DNA from: Selaginella moellendorffii
Lineage: Eukaryota > Plantae > Lycopodiophyta
DNA: 64,000 bases
Direction of reading: 5' to 3'
Assembly (NCBI RefSeq): GCF_000143415.4
Contig: NW_003314388.1
Coordinates: 62,001 to 126,000 of the forward strand
Shown here piece by piece: positions 49,704 through 63,870 of the stretch; the stretch's first letter is position 1; each line of letters opens with the position of its first letter. The position numbers and the translations under genes are program-made. The notes under the pieces were generated by a model, which ran no database searches, was not told the origin of the DNA, and saw only the letters and a program-made list of their open reading frames with translations.

Positions 49704-51582
49704 TCAATCTTGACAAGGCCACTTGATTTTTCTTTCCCTACTCCTTCTCTGCGCTTGTCGCCACCGATGAAGATGTTTGGACTTTTTGGACTTTTTGTGC
49801 GCGTTGGCGTGGCTCCGGCTCGGCTTCTTCACCTTCTTGCTACCACTGGAGTGCCAAGTTTTCTAGTCAGTTTGCTTGAGAGTGCAAGCTCAAGTTTGAC
49901 TCTTTACCTGAAGGTACTCAACACCAAATGCATCGCTACAGCCGCTGGTAGCACCAAAACCGCCATCGCCTAAGAGAGGAGAAGTAAATTAGAGCTGGCA
50001 AACACGCAACCGGAAATAAATCTCTTACGAGAAACCAAACGAGCTCTTTACTCGCCACCTCGTGCTTCAATAAAAGCCCGCGAACTGAGTTTTGCATCTG
50101 AAAGTAAGTGAGAAGAATCAGAAGCTGCCAGTAATATTCGGCTTCTAAGACTTACCTTATTGTGATAATTTACAGCCGAGGACAGTGCCTCCTTGGAAAC
50201 TTGCTGCACCTTTTCGATGTGAGGAGCAGCGTATTCTTGAGATTTCTCGTAATAAGGACGGACGTATGCAGCAGCTTTGTCTACGTGCGGCCGAAGCTGT
50301 TTCCGTAGAGACTGCAAATGAGAGAAAGGATGTAAGAAACCTATCCGATACATGGACGATTGCAGACCTTGATGCGAGGCATAAGTTGTTCGTTCGCCTT
50401 AACAAAGTGGGGCGACAAGTGAACATTATAGGCCTCTGACACTTTAGAAGCCAGAACTTTGCCGTTCGTGGAGACAGTACTCCAGTACGCACTCGCAGAA
50501 GGGCCTACTTTCTGGAGAAAAAACGAAGCTCATCTTAAAGCCATTGACAAAAGCAAGATAATGTTTACCTTCTTAAGAGTATCTACGTGAGGTTGAGCCC
50601 ATTCCTTCGCCGTTGTGGCGTGTCGAGAGGCCTGATACAGATAATGGTTATAGATGAGACATGCTATTGAAGAAATAATCGGCTTACGTGCTCCGCAGCT
50701 TTCTTAAAAACTGGTTCACCGTGCAGGGTCCAATACACTGCCGAAGTTGACTATACAGGCACAACAGATGAATGAAAATATCAACAAAAACACTTTTTAC
50801 CTGTATCTGCGCTAGTCGGCCCGCGGTTCATGGTGGCAGCCAAGCCTCGTAAACCTGCAAATCTTGTCACAACGAACGACGAATGAAAAATCGAAACACC
50901 TTATAAAGTTCCTGAGCCTTTGCAGCTGCCTCGGACTTTGCCTTTAGCAGAAGATTCTCAGCTATCTTACGTGCCTCTTCAGCATCACGCGTTTTCTTTC
51001 GCAGATGGGTACTGCTCTTCTCGGCCTGGTTAGAAAAAGAGAATTTTTCTCGCATCAAAGGATTCGAAAAGGATAATCTTCGTGCAAACCTGTGCGAGTT
51101 TTGTGGTTAGCTCATCAACTTTGGCTTCCGACAATTCCAGCTTGTCTTGCAACTTCTGTGTGTTTTCCCTCGACTTTTTCAAGTTCCCCTCGAGTTGTTC
51201 CACCTAAAAGTCGCGGTGTTACGACAGAACAACAAGAAAGTACGACCGACAAATTCCACCACCTTTGATAATTCTTCCGCCTTTGCTTTAAATTTTCTTC
51301 TCCAAATCGCCAGATGCCCAGTTCTACCCACAGCACAGTCACTTCCAGTCCAAAAAATCGATCTATAGAACTCACCTGGAGAGAATCTATTTCGCTCTCC
51401 AATGAAACGATTTTTTTGCTCTTCTCAAAGGACTCTTGCTTCGCTTGCTTTAAGTTAGAATCTGGCAAGGAGGAAAAACACATTAGACAATGTATGGATG
51501 ATAAAAGGAATTTTCTCTACCTGTGACCGATAGCCGTGCCTCCAGCTCTAATACTTGCTTGTGGAGCTCAATAATCTCCCGA
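49704..51582 (-). pseudogene. Coiled-coil 'myosin heavy chain-related' membrane-anchored protein, copy 1, disabled
   Basis: Exons give AWLPP*..WTLHGEP..WAQPHV..SKELVWFLAMAVL. Premature TGA at 50828-50830, 5' end cut at 51582, 15-nt deletion and last-exon frameshift relative to copy 2. Confidence 0.75.
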
Positions 51583-53523
51583 TTTAAAATATTATTTTGT
51601 GAGTCATACATATGTTTTACAATAATTAAATATACATGTGTTTTTTTCATATATTTTGTAAAATTTTACAATTGTTTACAAACTGCACCTTAGGTACACC
51701 TCTCCTTTTAGCAAATATACTATAAACAATTAACAATAATAATTCAAAAAACAATCTATAAAAGTTTAAATAAATGTCTTTTTCCAAATTGGTTAAGATA
51801 TTTAGCGTTAAGTGTCATTAAGTTTAAATATGTGACATCTCAGGAAGTTAAAATTTATAGTATTAGAGTAGTTTTATGTCTAACTCTGTTAATTTCTAAG
51901 GGAATCACACTATATATTGAAATTGATATTTGGTAGTTAAATTTACTTCGGTTGGATTTGACATAAAGGGTAAGGTGTCAAGAGAATAGAACTTTTGGAA
52001 GGACTGTAATTTTCAATTGTTGTTCATAAAGGCGTAAACTTGTAAGGAAGCAACTAAAAAAAAATAAATTTATAAAGGTTTAAATATAAAATAAAGGATT
52101 TATAAAAAAAAGTGTATCTTTTTTATATGCTTAAGGATTTTAAAATATTTAAGGTTAAGTGTCTTTGGATTTATAAAGCTAGATGAGTTCTTGGGAAGCT
52201 CAAATTCAAAAGTTAATTATATAGATTTTCTTAAGCTTTATTTATTTCATGCTTATTTTATGGCAGGGGTAGAAGCCTATAAAATGTATTACTAAAAAAC
52301 ACAAATATGTTTAAATTTTTATAACACATGTGTGTGCCTCACAAAATAATATTCTAAACACATACATGTATTGTTGTCCCCATTTTCACATAGTAAATAA
52401 ACATGTATTATTGTTTGCCATGTATGCATGGCAAACAGACATATATATTATTATTTGCAATATATGTATGGCAAAGTCCAAATCAATGCCACATATGTAA
52501 TTTTTCACACTATATAAATTTCATTCCATGTTAATTATTTTGACAGATCAGCACTTAAAGTTTGTGAATGTGATATTTTTCAATACGCAAGTTTTATTTT
52601 GAATTTGAATGGCATAGGCTAAGCTCACAATTTAGTGTGTAATTAAGAATGCAGAGTTAATGTGTTATAGTTGAACAAGATCCACTTGCTTGCAAAAAAA
52701 TTATTGTTCTCAACACCCTAAGCACCTAGAGAAATGTTTTGCCTCACCTCTTAATAAAATCCAATGGCATAAACATTAGCTCTGTGATACTTACCCAACA
52801 CTATTGCTTTTTAGGGAACATAGGGCTCACAATCAGCTGCATTACATTGGCTCGCTTAAGATGACTTATGAGGATCTGGAGAACAAGAAGGGAATTCTTC
52901 TATAGTTGTTACTTAGCCATGGTTTCCTTTACTTTACTTATGCACTAGCTTCTTCTTCTAAGTTAATGAGAGATCCTGGAGTCATCAAGGTTTGTGGTAT
53001 GTGCATAATTCACAAGACAGACGAGAGTTTCCCTCTCTAATCTGCTAGCAGCAGACACTTTCAGGATGTAGAGCTTTGCAAGCCATAATGGTCAGTAGAG
53101 CTCTTGAACCAAAAGTATCTTGGAGAAAGAAGGGAGAAGCATTCAGAGTGAAGTAGACTGGAGCATGATGAGCTCGAGGATCAACAATTGATTCATACTA
53201 GGACTGAAGGAGTTAACCTTACAAACCAAGCAGCACAGTGAAATGGAGATGCTTTTCCAAAAGGGGACCGATCTGTAGCAAATCCATCATATTTTCCTCC
53301 TCCCAGTGACATAAGAACATCCGTGAGACAGCTCCACATGCTTAAGTATAGGGAATATGGTTAGGTTCAACAATTTTTCCTTATCTAAAATGAGGTTAGG
53401 TTAACCATAGTTTCACAAAGTAATCCTTTAGTTCATAACTAGGGTTTATGAGAAATGCAACATTACCTTGAAATTTTAAAATGCATGTAAAAAGAATAAA
53501 AAGTGTAATAGTTTATAAACAAC

Positions 53524-55145
53524 TCAGGAAGAAAAGGCTGCTACAACCATATCCACGCTTCTCTCAATCTCTTTCAAGTACTCAACGAGAATTCTTTGCT
53601 TGTAAGAGCCACCTTCCTGCTTATAAGCTTTTGCTCAAAAAACCAAGAAAAGAAAGAAAATGAAGCAATGAGACTTACTGTTCTAAGAAGAATTCGCTCA
53701 ATGCGTTTCTTAGCCATTTTGCGAAGATCTACGCTCTTAACTGGGCCACCGCCCAAGTCCACTCCGGACCTTATCATGCTATCCCAAGCTTCGCTGTCAG
53801 CTATAAAAAATGGAACTTGTCTAGCTACGAGAAAAGGAAGATGCAAAAGCGAACCTGAGATTATATTCTCGAGCAGTTCCTCAGCTTCGTCTACGACTCC
53901 ATCTGCTTGCATCAAACAAAGAAAAAAGGATTACAGCGTAAGTTTGTTGTGAGAAACGATTGAAGCTACAAACCTCTCTTGGCATAGCTTGTCTTTGCAA
54001 GAAACGTTGCTGCATAAAGTTGTAGCACTTTTTGTAGCAAAGCCAGCAATCCGGGCTTATCAGCATCTTTTTTGGCCTTTCTAGCAACGAAAAATGTAAA
54101 AATATATGAAAATAAAAGAAAGGAAACCTTCCATCCATACCTGACGAAGTTGAGCGTTCACTTCTGCGAGAAAACCGTCATCCAAGTAGCCGGCACTTTC
54201 CCTGTGCATCAGCTCCTGAGATTCAGAAAGAAAAAAGGAATTTAAAAAGAACAAACATCTACAAAAACAGAGATACCTTTCTGACTCTTTGCAACGCATC
54301 AGGATCACGAGGCGGCCAGACAATTTCTTCGTTTTTGGAGCCCGCGACTGGTTCTAGAATCGCCATAAGCACATCTGTGGAAGTTTCAATCTTTTCCTGT
54401 TGATTCAGACAAATAAACATTCTTTCAGACAAAAATTGGGTGATAACAGATATGTGTAAACCTCTGTCTTCTGTACAATGCGCTCGACTAGCTGCATTAT
54501 GTTGGATGCAAGCTCTTCAAGATCCACCTTCCAAATTTTATTTTTTACAACAAGATAATACGAAATGGATGAAACCTTACCTCATCATCTTCCGATTTAC
54601 AAAGGTCTGTCCTGGTAGCCAGTCGAAGCCAGAACTTACTATCAAACGCCAGGACATTCTCCGCAACTATCTGTGGTAGCTAGAGAATAAAAACGAAAAA
54701 CAAAACTTTCAGTGATCATTATTTAAGTAGCCAGTTCTTTCCGACTCGCTCACCAGTTGGGAGTCTGTGCTCCGCAGCTTATCTATCAATCGATCAATCT
54801 CTTCGCCGCTGCTCGATTCTGATGCCTGGCTGGAATCAGCAGCAGCAGCACAAATGCAAAAGTTTCTCCTTGTCTCCGAGCACCTGAGAGAGATATAAGC
54901 AACGAAAAAACAACAAAACACAGGGTAGGAGGTGACTCACATTCGCAGATTCGGCTCCGCAATGCTATGAACTCGAAGAGCCCAGGGCCTCTTTGGAACG
55001 TATCCAGAAGCCTAGCAAAATAAAATATGAAAGAAAGAGGTTTACATCTGAAACACCGGAGAACCCTCGTTACCCAGTGGCCATTTCCATTGGAAGACCG
55101 AATACAGCAGAATGCTGAAGCAGCAGCAGCCGCCATTGTCGCCAT
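53524..55145 (-). CDS. PRDA1: PEP-RELATED DEVELOPMENT ARRESTED 1-like chloroplast nucleoid protein, intact copy
   Basis: ENVLAFDSKFWLRLATRTDLCKSEDD, IVWPPRDP, LDDGFLAEVNAQLRQAK, LQKVLQLY, KKRIERILLRTEGGSYKQRILVEYLK; transit-peptide-like N-terminus. Confidence 0.88.
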
Positions 55146-55356
55146 TGCAACAACAGCTTCAAAAGAAAAGGGAGGGGATTCTGAACGAAACAAATCAGCT
55201 TTGATTCTCTTAAGTTATTGGATTTGAGTGTCCATAATTATTAATCGAAGAATAGCTACAAAACAGCAGCTGCAAATCAAGAATCAAACTCTACCTAAAG
55301 GGAAAAAAATCGCTGGACACGCACCTAGAAAGGAGAAGAATACACGATCATCGCGC

Positions 55357-58300
55357 TCATAGAAAATCACGCATAAGGACGGGCTTCTTCACAGCGTTTG
55401 TAAATCCCTGAAGCAAAGAAAACGCTCAGCTATGCACTACAAAAAGAAGCGTCCGACCTCGTGAAATTTAAAGAGCAATGGCCTCGAATCTCTTTTAGCT
55501 GTTGAAACTTCCCGTTTGGAGGAGTGGCCTTCCGTGCTTCCTGTTCTAAACCTGCAACGACAGTGTGGATTTGAACAGCACAACGAGCCTACCTGTCAAA
55601 GAAAGAAGCTTTCTTCAAGACAGTGTTTGCCTTGACAACTTCGGTCTTAGATGTTGTCACGAGTTTTCCAGTGGATGTTGAAGCTGATACGATTGTCCTC
55701 TTTTCAATGGTAGTAGACTTGACAATGGTATTATTGTTGGCAGAACCAGATGGCTTCTGCTGGAATGGTTTAGAGGACCGCTTTGCAGTTTCGCGTTTTA
55801 TCGCTTCTATTTCAACCTGAAATATCGCATTAAGCATGCATTCTTTGTGTGTGAGCTTCTGCACCTCGTGGCTCAGCATCTGTTGAATGGTTGAAGAAAG
55901 TTCTCCATGGCTGTGGGCGTATTCCTGATAGGCAAGGAAGAATGAAATTCAAAACTTATAAAACAGAAACAATAACGATTACCTTGAAGGTTATAAAGGT
56001 GTGCAGTGGAGGATCTAACAGGAATGCTTCCCCCGAGAACTTTTGTACTGTGAGATTGTCAGCCTTGGACTTTTTGTACCGAAGTCCATAACTTATCATT
56101 GTATCCACAAGCTGCTTAAGGTCTTCGCGTTCTTGCTGAGAAAGAAGATTAGACGCAACCTGCACGTACCACGGCATCAGCACGCTGAAAATACGTTATC
56201 TAGTTCTTACGGGCCGCAACTTGGGAGCCAAAATCGATAACAAAGGAGAAAGAACATCCTGGATCAAAGAGGGACACAAAATGGTTCGCGATAGGGCCGG
56301 TGTCATTGAAGTCAGCCACGACTTCAAAATTTCTGTGTTTGCTGCATGGACTTGACGATTTCTGGAACGACAGAAACCCATCAGTACAGACTTTCTACAA
56401 TATTAAACCATACCTCTGAAATGATTTCGGCCACTCAAGCTTAGGCCGAACAGGCTGCGAAATCAAACGGCGAATAGCAAGTTTAAAAGAAGGTCGATAC
56501 GCTGTTTCATGCAGAGTGAAAAAGGTCTTTGGAACAAGAACAAACGGTACCATTCAGAAAAAACTGCTGCTGCGAAGCTGTTTTTCGTCCAAAAATATCT
56601 GACGCGCCTATCACTTCCAGGCATTGAAGCTAAGAAGTAGCAATGAAGACCAATGAGGCAGACAAAAACCAATTTCGATATTTACCGTCTTTTGGAGGTA
56701 TACATCATGATAATGCACATGCAAGAAGTTCTCAAAAATACCCTCCATTCCAAGGTCATACTCTCCGCTGCATAAAAACATTAGCAAATAAGCAAATAAT
56801 TCTAGAACTTTAGAACGTACTGGTTCGCATAAACGTCATGGACCCGACTGAACTCCGTGTGTGCCTGCTTCATTCTGGTTCTGTTTCTAGTCCAGAATGT
56901 CTAGCAAAACCACTTAAGCAGATAGAAAATGAATTGGAAGCAACTTACCTCAAGCCATATGTCGAACATGCTGCTGGTCATGTCTTTTTTACCAATAACC
57001 TGAGAAGCAACTTCTAGCTGCAAAGTAGAGCGCCTTAGAAAGTTTGATAAAAAAAATGGCAGGATTACCGCTTTCAGCGACTGTCCGTTCCGAAACAAGA
57101 ACTGAAGAGTGTTTAAACACGAGCGAATATCTGATTCTGTAATTCGAGTCAAAAATTTGCGCCGACAGCAATTGTTTGTTACCAGTGTGCACAGCGAGGG
57201 CAGCTAGAGCGCGTGTGTCCACCTTGTAACCTTCTGACTTGCAAATGAAATTTAGTCTGCATAGACACCGTGAGTGGTTTTGAAGAGCAAATGAAAAAGT
57301 TACAACCTTGTCACTATCCTATGAGGACTTGGAGGAGAAAATATATGAATCCTGCCAAAACTGCTGTTAAGATACAAAAGAGATGGTGTTGTGGTACCGG
57401 GCAATTTGACGCAAAGGCCGTAAGGCAGGAGCATAAAGGTCGTTGCAAATGCAAATGATCTGTGCCACAAAAGTTGGCGAGGTTCTCTATAGGACGCAAG
57501 CTTACGGGTCTAGATAGTCGAGCGATGGCAGTCTTCTTCCTTTGAGGTTTGGACATTTTATCGTCGTTATCATTTCGTGACACAGCCTTCGCCTCTGCAG
57601 AAAGCTGTAGCAAAAATGATTCAATTAACGTTTTGTAAATTGACACATACCAGATCAACTAAAAAACTGACAGACGATTTCCCTTCCGTGCCGCTGACCG
57701 CTCCGTCTATTTCATCAAGAATCTGTCAATGACATAGCATTCAGTAAATCTTCCACATTTTCTCTACGAGAGCAGTGAAAAATTACCAGACAATTTGGCT
57801 TAGAATCTCCTGTGACTGTCTTCATTTGAAGAGCATCCAAAATTTTGGTCTGAAAAGAGGAGGCTGTGCGATCATCACTGGCATTAATCTGCATGAGTTG
57901 AAACGATACATACAAGGAACTTGAATTACAGGAACATGCCAACCTCGACGACGCGGTATCCACAATGCTTTGCTGCAACATGTGCAAGCGTCGTTTTCCC
58001 AAGGCCCGGAGGGCCACATAAAAGAAGGACCTGCTTCAAAGAAGCCATAAAACTGTTGTACATGTAGCAGGGACCAAAGAGGTACCTTTTGATCTGGCCG
58101 GTCACCTGAAGAACTCTTATTATCACCTGAAGAGCTCTTGTCATGACCTGAAGAACTCTTGTTATCGTTGACGCTGTTCCATTTGCCCTTCGCCTCATAT
58201 CGTTTAAACTTGTTATCAGAAGGTTGTTGCCCAAGCTTGTGTTGTTGCAAAGCTTTGAGAACCTCTTTAGGTGTAGAGTGCCTTGTAACACCGTAAACGC

Positions 58301-59235
58301 ATAGATCCCACTGCTTCAACCAGCTTAAGACCTACTAATGAAAACGTTACACACATGAAACAATCCGTAAAATCATGACACACCTCTCGATTGATCTGTT
58401 CATCGCTCAAAAGCTCGGTGAACGACTTCGGCGAGTATTTATCAACCCACAGCTGGTCAATCCTCTCCGCCGAGACAGCGATAGGATCTTTTTCCTTCTC
58501 AGCGAGCTCGCAAGCCTTTGAGAAAATCCATGAAAATAAATTGATCAAGAACGAAAAGCTGCCATACTTGTTTGAACTGTTCGAGCTCCAGTTGTTCAAT
58601 CATTTTCTCGATGGGCATCGAGAGAAGCTGGTCTGGAGCAACAAAGTCGAGTTAAGTTCGTCACGAGTCCAAATGATCATACCTTGTTTCTTCTCACGCA
58701 GCACCGGCTGAGGAGAGAAGTTTCTATCAACTTCGGCATAGACTCGTTCACCTGATGGCCCAGTTATGGAAATCAGCTCCCCGGCAATGTCCGCCGCACG
58801 CTTTCGCGGGAAATGGTGTTGATCCAATTCTTCGCGAAAATTTTCTTCCCGGCAATCTTCGAGAACCATGGTACTTTCCTCTTCCACGGCAATCGCGCAT
58901 TCCTTTCTCGCTATAGCATCTTGGACTCTCCTTGATTTGATCGGCGACACGCACACATCGGGAATCACGAGCTTTCTCTTCACTATAGGGGAAAAGGAAA
59001 AATCCATGAGAAATTTCAGAATGTTGGCCAAACCTGGCAGATCGCGCTGCGCATCCTCGCCGCCGCCGGCATTCACATCCTCAAACCCTCCCCTGCCCTC
59101 CTCAAACCCATCGGAGCCCCGCCGCCGCTGGATCTGATCAAAGAATGCTTCATCCATGAGAAGCTCTTCGTCCTCCATGGCCTGACCCTGCTCCATCGCC
59201 ATCCACTCGAGCTCATCGTCGCCAGGCTCCTCCAT
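55357..59235 (-). CDS. CTF18: Chromosome transmission fidelity 18, alternative RFC large subunit (AAA+), multi-exon
   Basis: [55 protein letters not shown]-terminal [11 protein letters not shown]. Confidence 0.95.
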
Positions 59236-59366
59236 AGCCGCCACAACTCAAAGCCCGCCAAAATGCCTTACATAGTCTGCTAGCCCAAATATTCTGTTTA
59301 GCAGCTAAGAACATTCCGTCTATTTACAAAAGATTCCGTTTACAAAAAAAAAGGGAGGGAAAAACA

Positions 59367-62261
59367 TCAATCCACAAACGGCAGAGGCACCGACTTGACA
59401 GCACGAAACTTTCCAACGTTGTTGAAATGCTCGTTCTCCAGCCTAGATCAAAGACATTGCGAATTTTAGAGCCAAAGAGATGGAAGAATGTGACGAGATT
59501 TACCTGTAATAGTTCCATTGTCCACGCCTGATAACTTCCAGGCTAGCCACGATGAGCGACAGCCCCTTGGGATTTATCCCTGGCATCGAAATCGGTATCA
59601 AGGATTGGAGCCACGCGAATCTCAGCAAAATGTTTGACACCTACATTGTCACCGAGAGCTTTAGAACTGAAACCGATAAGTTGATGGCAAGAACTTACAA
59701 TGGCGAAGTAGTAGACCGACTTGTATGGGATAGCGAGCTTGTCCCTGAGCCAGGGATTGGCGGAGTTTCGCTCGAGAAGGCCCCAGTCGTAGACTAAATC
59801 CCAGTAAGTTGAGACGATGGCGGCTGTGGCGGAGATGGCGATGGTGAAGCCCAGCAGCAGTGGATCCTTGTGGTATCCGTAGGCCAGCCTCGCTGCCACG
59901 GCCAGGATCGCCGAGAAGTATTTGAGAGCGTTGTACAGCTGCATCACATCCTTCTCATCGTACCAACGCCGTAGACACTGTCACCGAGAGAAGGAGCTAC
60001 GTAAGTTACCAAGGAGGAGCTCAAAAGAATCTGCGAGACGAATGAAGTTACCTGCGAAAAACGGCACCAGTAAGGTAGCAGCGCCATGACGAATCCAAAC
60101 GTGATGAAGGTCGGATTCTTGAGGCAGGCATTGCTGTTGCGGTCCTTGAAAAATCCACCGCCGAAGTAGCATAAAACGTATTCCAGATCTCTCAGTGCCG
60201 GAACCTGCAACTCAAAGTTTGTCACAAAGCTGAGAATGAGGCTGTCGGAATTTACCTGACTCGTAAGCTGGTCTGCGAGAAGAAAATCCGTGATGATAAC
60301 CTGTCATATAAACAAAAGCATGAATAACAAGTTGATATGTCACGAGAGACACTGCGAACCTTGTAGAATGGCGTCAATAGGCAATGCCAAAGGGCGTTCA
60401 GGAAAAAGTAACGGGTGGCGCGGTAGAGTATGTTGAACGGCATACACAGAAGCACGACCATTCCCTGAAATACAACACGGAAGGTCAGGCATTTGGTACA
60501 AAAAATCTTCTAAAGCAAAATACTTACAGCGACAACGAGGAGCGGGATCATTTCCTGATATGTTTGGCAGCATCTCTCACCAGCCGTCAATTGCAAGTGT
60601 AGTATCAACCCACTGAGAGCTAATGTACTCAGCCCCGTTGCGAGCAAAAACACATCTCGGAAGCGTAGCTCGGACTTTCGGTTGAGCCCAAGAATAAACG
60701 TGTGATTTATTCTGGTCCTTCTCCACATATATATGTTTAGTCCGTAGAGGAAGAAGTGTAGCAGTACTGCTGTAAGCATACTGTAAAGAGAAGTATATCT
60801 CATGAGAAAGTTAGACAAAGATATTAGCTAAGGTCTCACCTGAAAATCGGGAACACTGCATTCATGTATGTCATAGCATATTCACGAACGTATAGCCTCT
60901 CGACGCGAATGGTTAAAACGAGAGACACTAGAAGAGCAACAGAGAGACCAAAGAATACACCTGCGCAAACAAACTGTTAAGTTAACAAGGCACCTTGAGG
61001 ACTCTCAAGAACATCGCATTACCTACAAAGAATGATATCCGGTGCCTCTCCTTCCGGGCCTCGGGTCTCAGAACTTGCATCGCGTCGCGACGGTTTGAAT
61101 CCGTGAAATGCTTGGTGAAGAGGACCTCTACTTTTTCCATAAGCTTTTGGATCTGAAAGTGAGAAACATCGAGTGGCATTAACACCGATTGAGAATATTA
61201 ATGTGCGATCACTTACAATCTCAGATTGTCCGATGTATGAATCTTCTACGGCTTTCATGTACTTCCTTCCAAGGTTCCGCTGAGTAACCTGGAGGCATCG
61301 TACAAAGAATCTGTGTAAGTCAAACCGGTGGATGTCAAAAAAGCTGGCTGACCTTGTTGTATTTTTTCAGGAGCTTCGAAAACGCAATTATGTTCAACGA
61401 GCTGCAGAGGAACAGGACAACATGAAACACGAACTTTCGAAAAGCGAACTTACGTACCAAAAGTTCCTCAAGATGTAGAGTCCCTTGTAAAACTCCACGA
61501 AGGCGTTCTGAAGCATCTCCTCGGCTCGCTTCAGTCGCCGCGAGTTTAAGTTCGTGATGGACTTGTTGGCCAGCTCCGCGAAGAGAGCAGCCAGCGCGTC
61601 GGCTGGCTTCGCCGCAGGGATGTCAATCTTTATCTGTCGAACGCTCCCTCCATCTTCCTCCACCACGGACAGGTGGCCATGGCTGCTAGCGTTGCTCTCC
61701 TCGTTTCCAGAGTCTAAGTTGTTCAAGGACTTCTTTGCCGAGAGGAGAGCTTCCATCTGGGAATCCAGCGCCGCCGCCTGCGTCACGAGCTCCTTCTCCT
61801 TGGACTTGTAAAACTTGTTGAGCTTGGCCAGCTCCTCGTCGAGCAGCCGAAAGAACGTTCTCTCGAGCTCGTTGTGCGGGCTACCAACACCCAAGAACGC
61901 TGTCTGGAACTCCATGCCATCGCTAGTTTGCTTTGGCTCGATCTATATCCACAAAAGAAAAAATGTTACAACGTTAAGTGAATCCCGAAGAAGAAGAATC
62001 TCATACCAGGATCATCTCTTCCTCCCGTGCTTCCGGAGAGGTCGGCGATCGCGCCCCCCGCGGCGAATGCGCATGTTGGAATCCGGTGACGAGCCTCCGG
62101 AAGTTTGAGATCCTCCTGGAGAGCTGCGGCTCGCTCTCCTCATGGCTTTGCTTCTTGATCTTGGCCATATGCTTGACAATCTCCTTGCCGTGCCGGTAGT
62201 CCAAGTACGCCTCCCTCCATTCCGGGACCTGCTGCGTCTCAAACTGCTTGCCAAACTTCAT
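59367..62261 (-). CDS. PHO1: PHO1-family phosphate exporter (SPX + EXS), copy 2
   Basis: Same exons and motifs as copy 1 with scattered substitutions. Confidence 0.94.
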
Positions 62262-62934
62262 CGCGATCGAGATCGATCCAGCGCGAGCGACAAAGAAATA
62301 TCCCTCAGATAGATCGGCTCTCCCTCCTCGCAGATCCAAATCGGTCCCACTCTAATCGAAATGCTAAGCTCGCTCTCTCAGATCGGAAATCTCACCTCGC
62401 CCCACTCCGATTCATCCCAAATGCCAGTAAAATCTCACTAAGCGCTGCCGCCGCAACAGGAGCTGGAGAGATTTCCAGGAAGCAAACAAAGAATGGGGAC
62501 CTAGGAACACACGTTATAAGCTAGGGCTTTATAGAACTCTATAGAAGTCATTCCAACTCGGTCCACTCTAGGACAAACACACTAGGACAGACTATTTGGC
62601 ACACGTGGAAGAAATGAGGATTAATATATAGCCTCTTGACCTGGACTTGAGGTGTACGTTAGAGAGAAAAAAAGGACGATGCCAATTTTATCCATCACAA
62701 AGGATAAAGTAGTAGAATTGTGACTTTACTGTTTCTTGTTGGAACTTAAATATCAAAAGGGCTGGAGCCAATGATGATTCGTAAACATCAACTATTATAT
62801 AATGGAATTGATGATATTTGCGCGTACACAAAAATTTTAGTGTTTTTATACACATGTCCAAAGGAGCCAGGAGTAAGCGCGAGCGATATATCCGGAAAGA
62901 TTTCAATCTTGACTGCCACTTCGTTTTTCTTTTT

Positions 62935-63870
62935 CTACTGCTTCTCTGCGTGCTTCTCTGCGCTTGTCGCCGCCGATGAAGACGACGACGATTGATGCTT
63001 TGACTTTTTGGACTTTTTGTGCGCGTTGGCGTGGCTCCGGCTCGGCTTCTTCACCTTCTTGCTACCACTGGAGTGCCAAGTTATCTAGTCAGTTTGCTTG
63101 AGAGTGCAAGCTCAAATTCAACTCTTTACCTGAAGGTGCTCAACACCAAATGCATCGCTGCAGCCGCTGGTAGCACCAAAACCGCCATCGCCTATGAGAG
63201 GAGAAGCAAATTAGAGCTGTCAAACACGCAACTGGAAATAAATCTCTTACGAGAAACCAAACGAGCTCTTTACTCGCCGCCCAGCCTGCCGACACCTCGT
63301 GCTTCAATAAAAGCCCGCGAACTGAGTTTTGCATCTGAAAGAAAGTGAGACGAATCAGCAGCTGCCAGCAATATTCGGCTTCTAAGACTTACCTTATTGT
63401 GATAATTTACAGCCGAGGTCAGTGCCTCCTTGGAAACTTGATGCACCTTTTCGATGTGAGGAGCAGCGTATTCTTGAGATTTCTCGTAATAAGGACGGAC
63501 GTATGCAGCAGCTTTGTCTACGTGCGGCCGAAGCTGTTTCCGTAGAGACTGCAAATGAGAGAAAGGATGTAAGAAACCTATCCGATACATGGACGATTGC
63601 AGACCTTGATGCGAGGCATAAGTTGTTCGTTCGCCTTAACAAAGTGGGGCGACAAGTGAACATTGTAGGCCTCTGACACTTTAGAAGCCAGAACTTTGCC
63701 GTTCGTGGAGACAGTATTCCAGTACGCACTCGCAGAAGGGCCTACTTTCTGGAGAAAAAATGAAGCTCATCTTAAAGCCATTGACAAAAGCAAGATAATC
63801 TGTACCTTCTTAAGAGTATCTACGTGAGGTTGAGCCCATTCCTTCGCCGTTGTGGCGTGTCGAGAGGCCT
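62935..63870 (-). CDS. Coiled-coil 'myosin heavy chain-related' protein, copy 2, 3' part only
   Basis: Paralogous to 49704-50632. Homology stops at ~63892 inside an intron; the 5' part is not in the window. Confidence 0.7.
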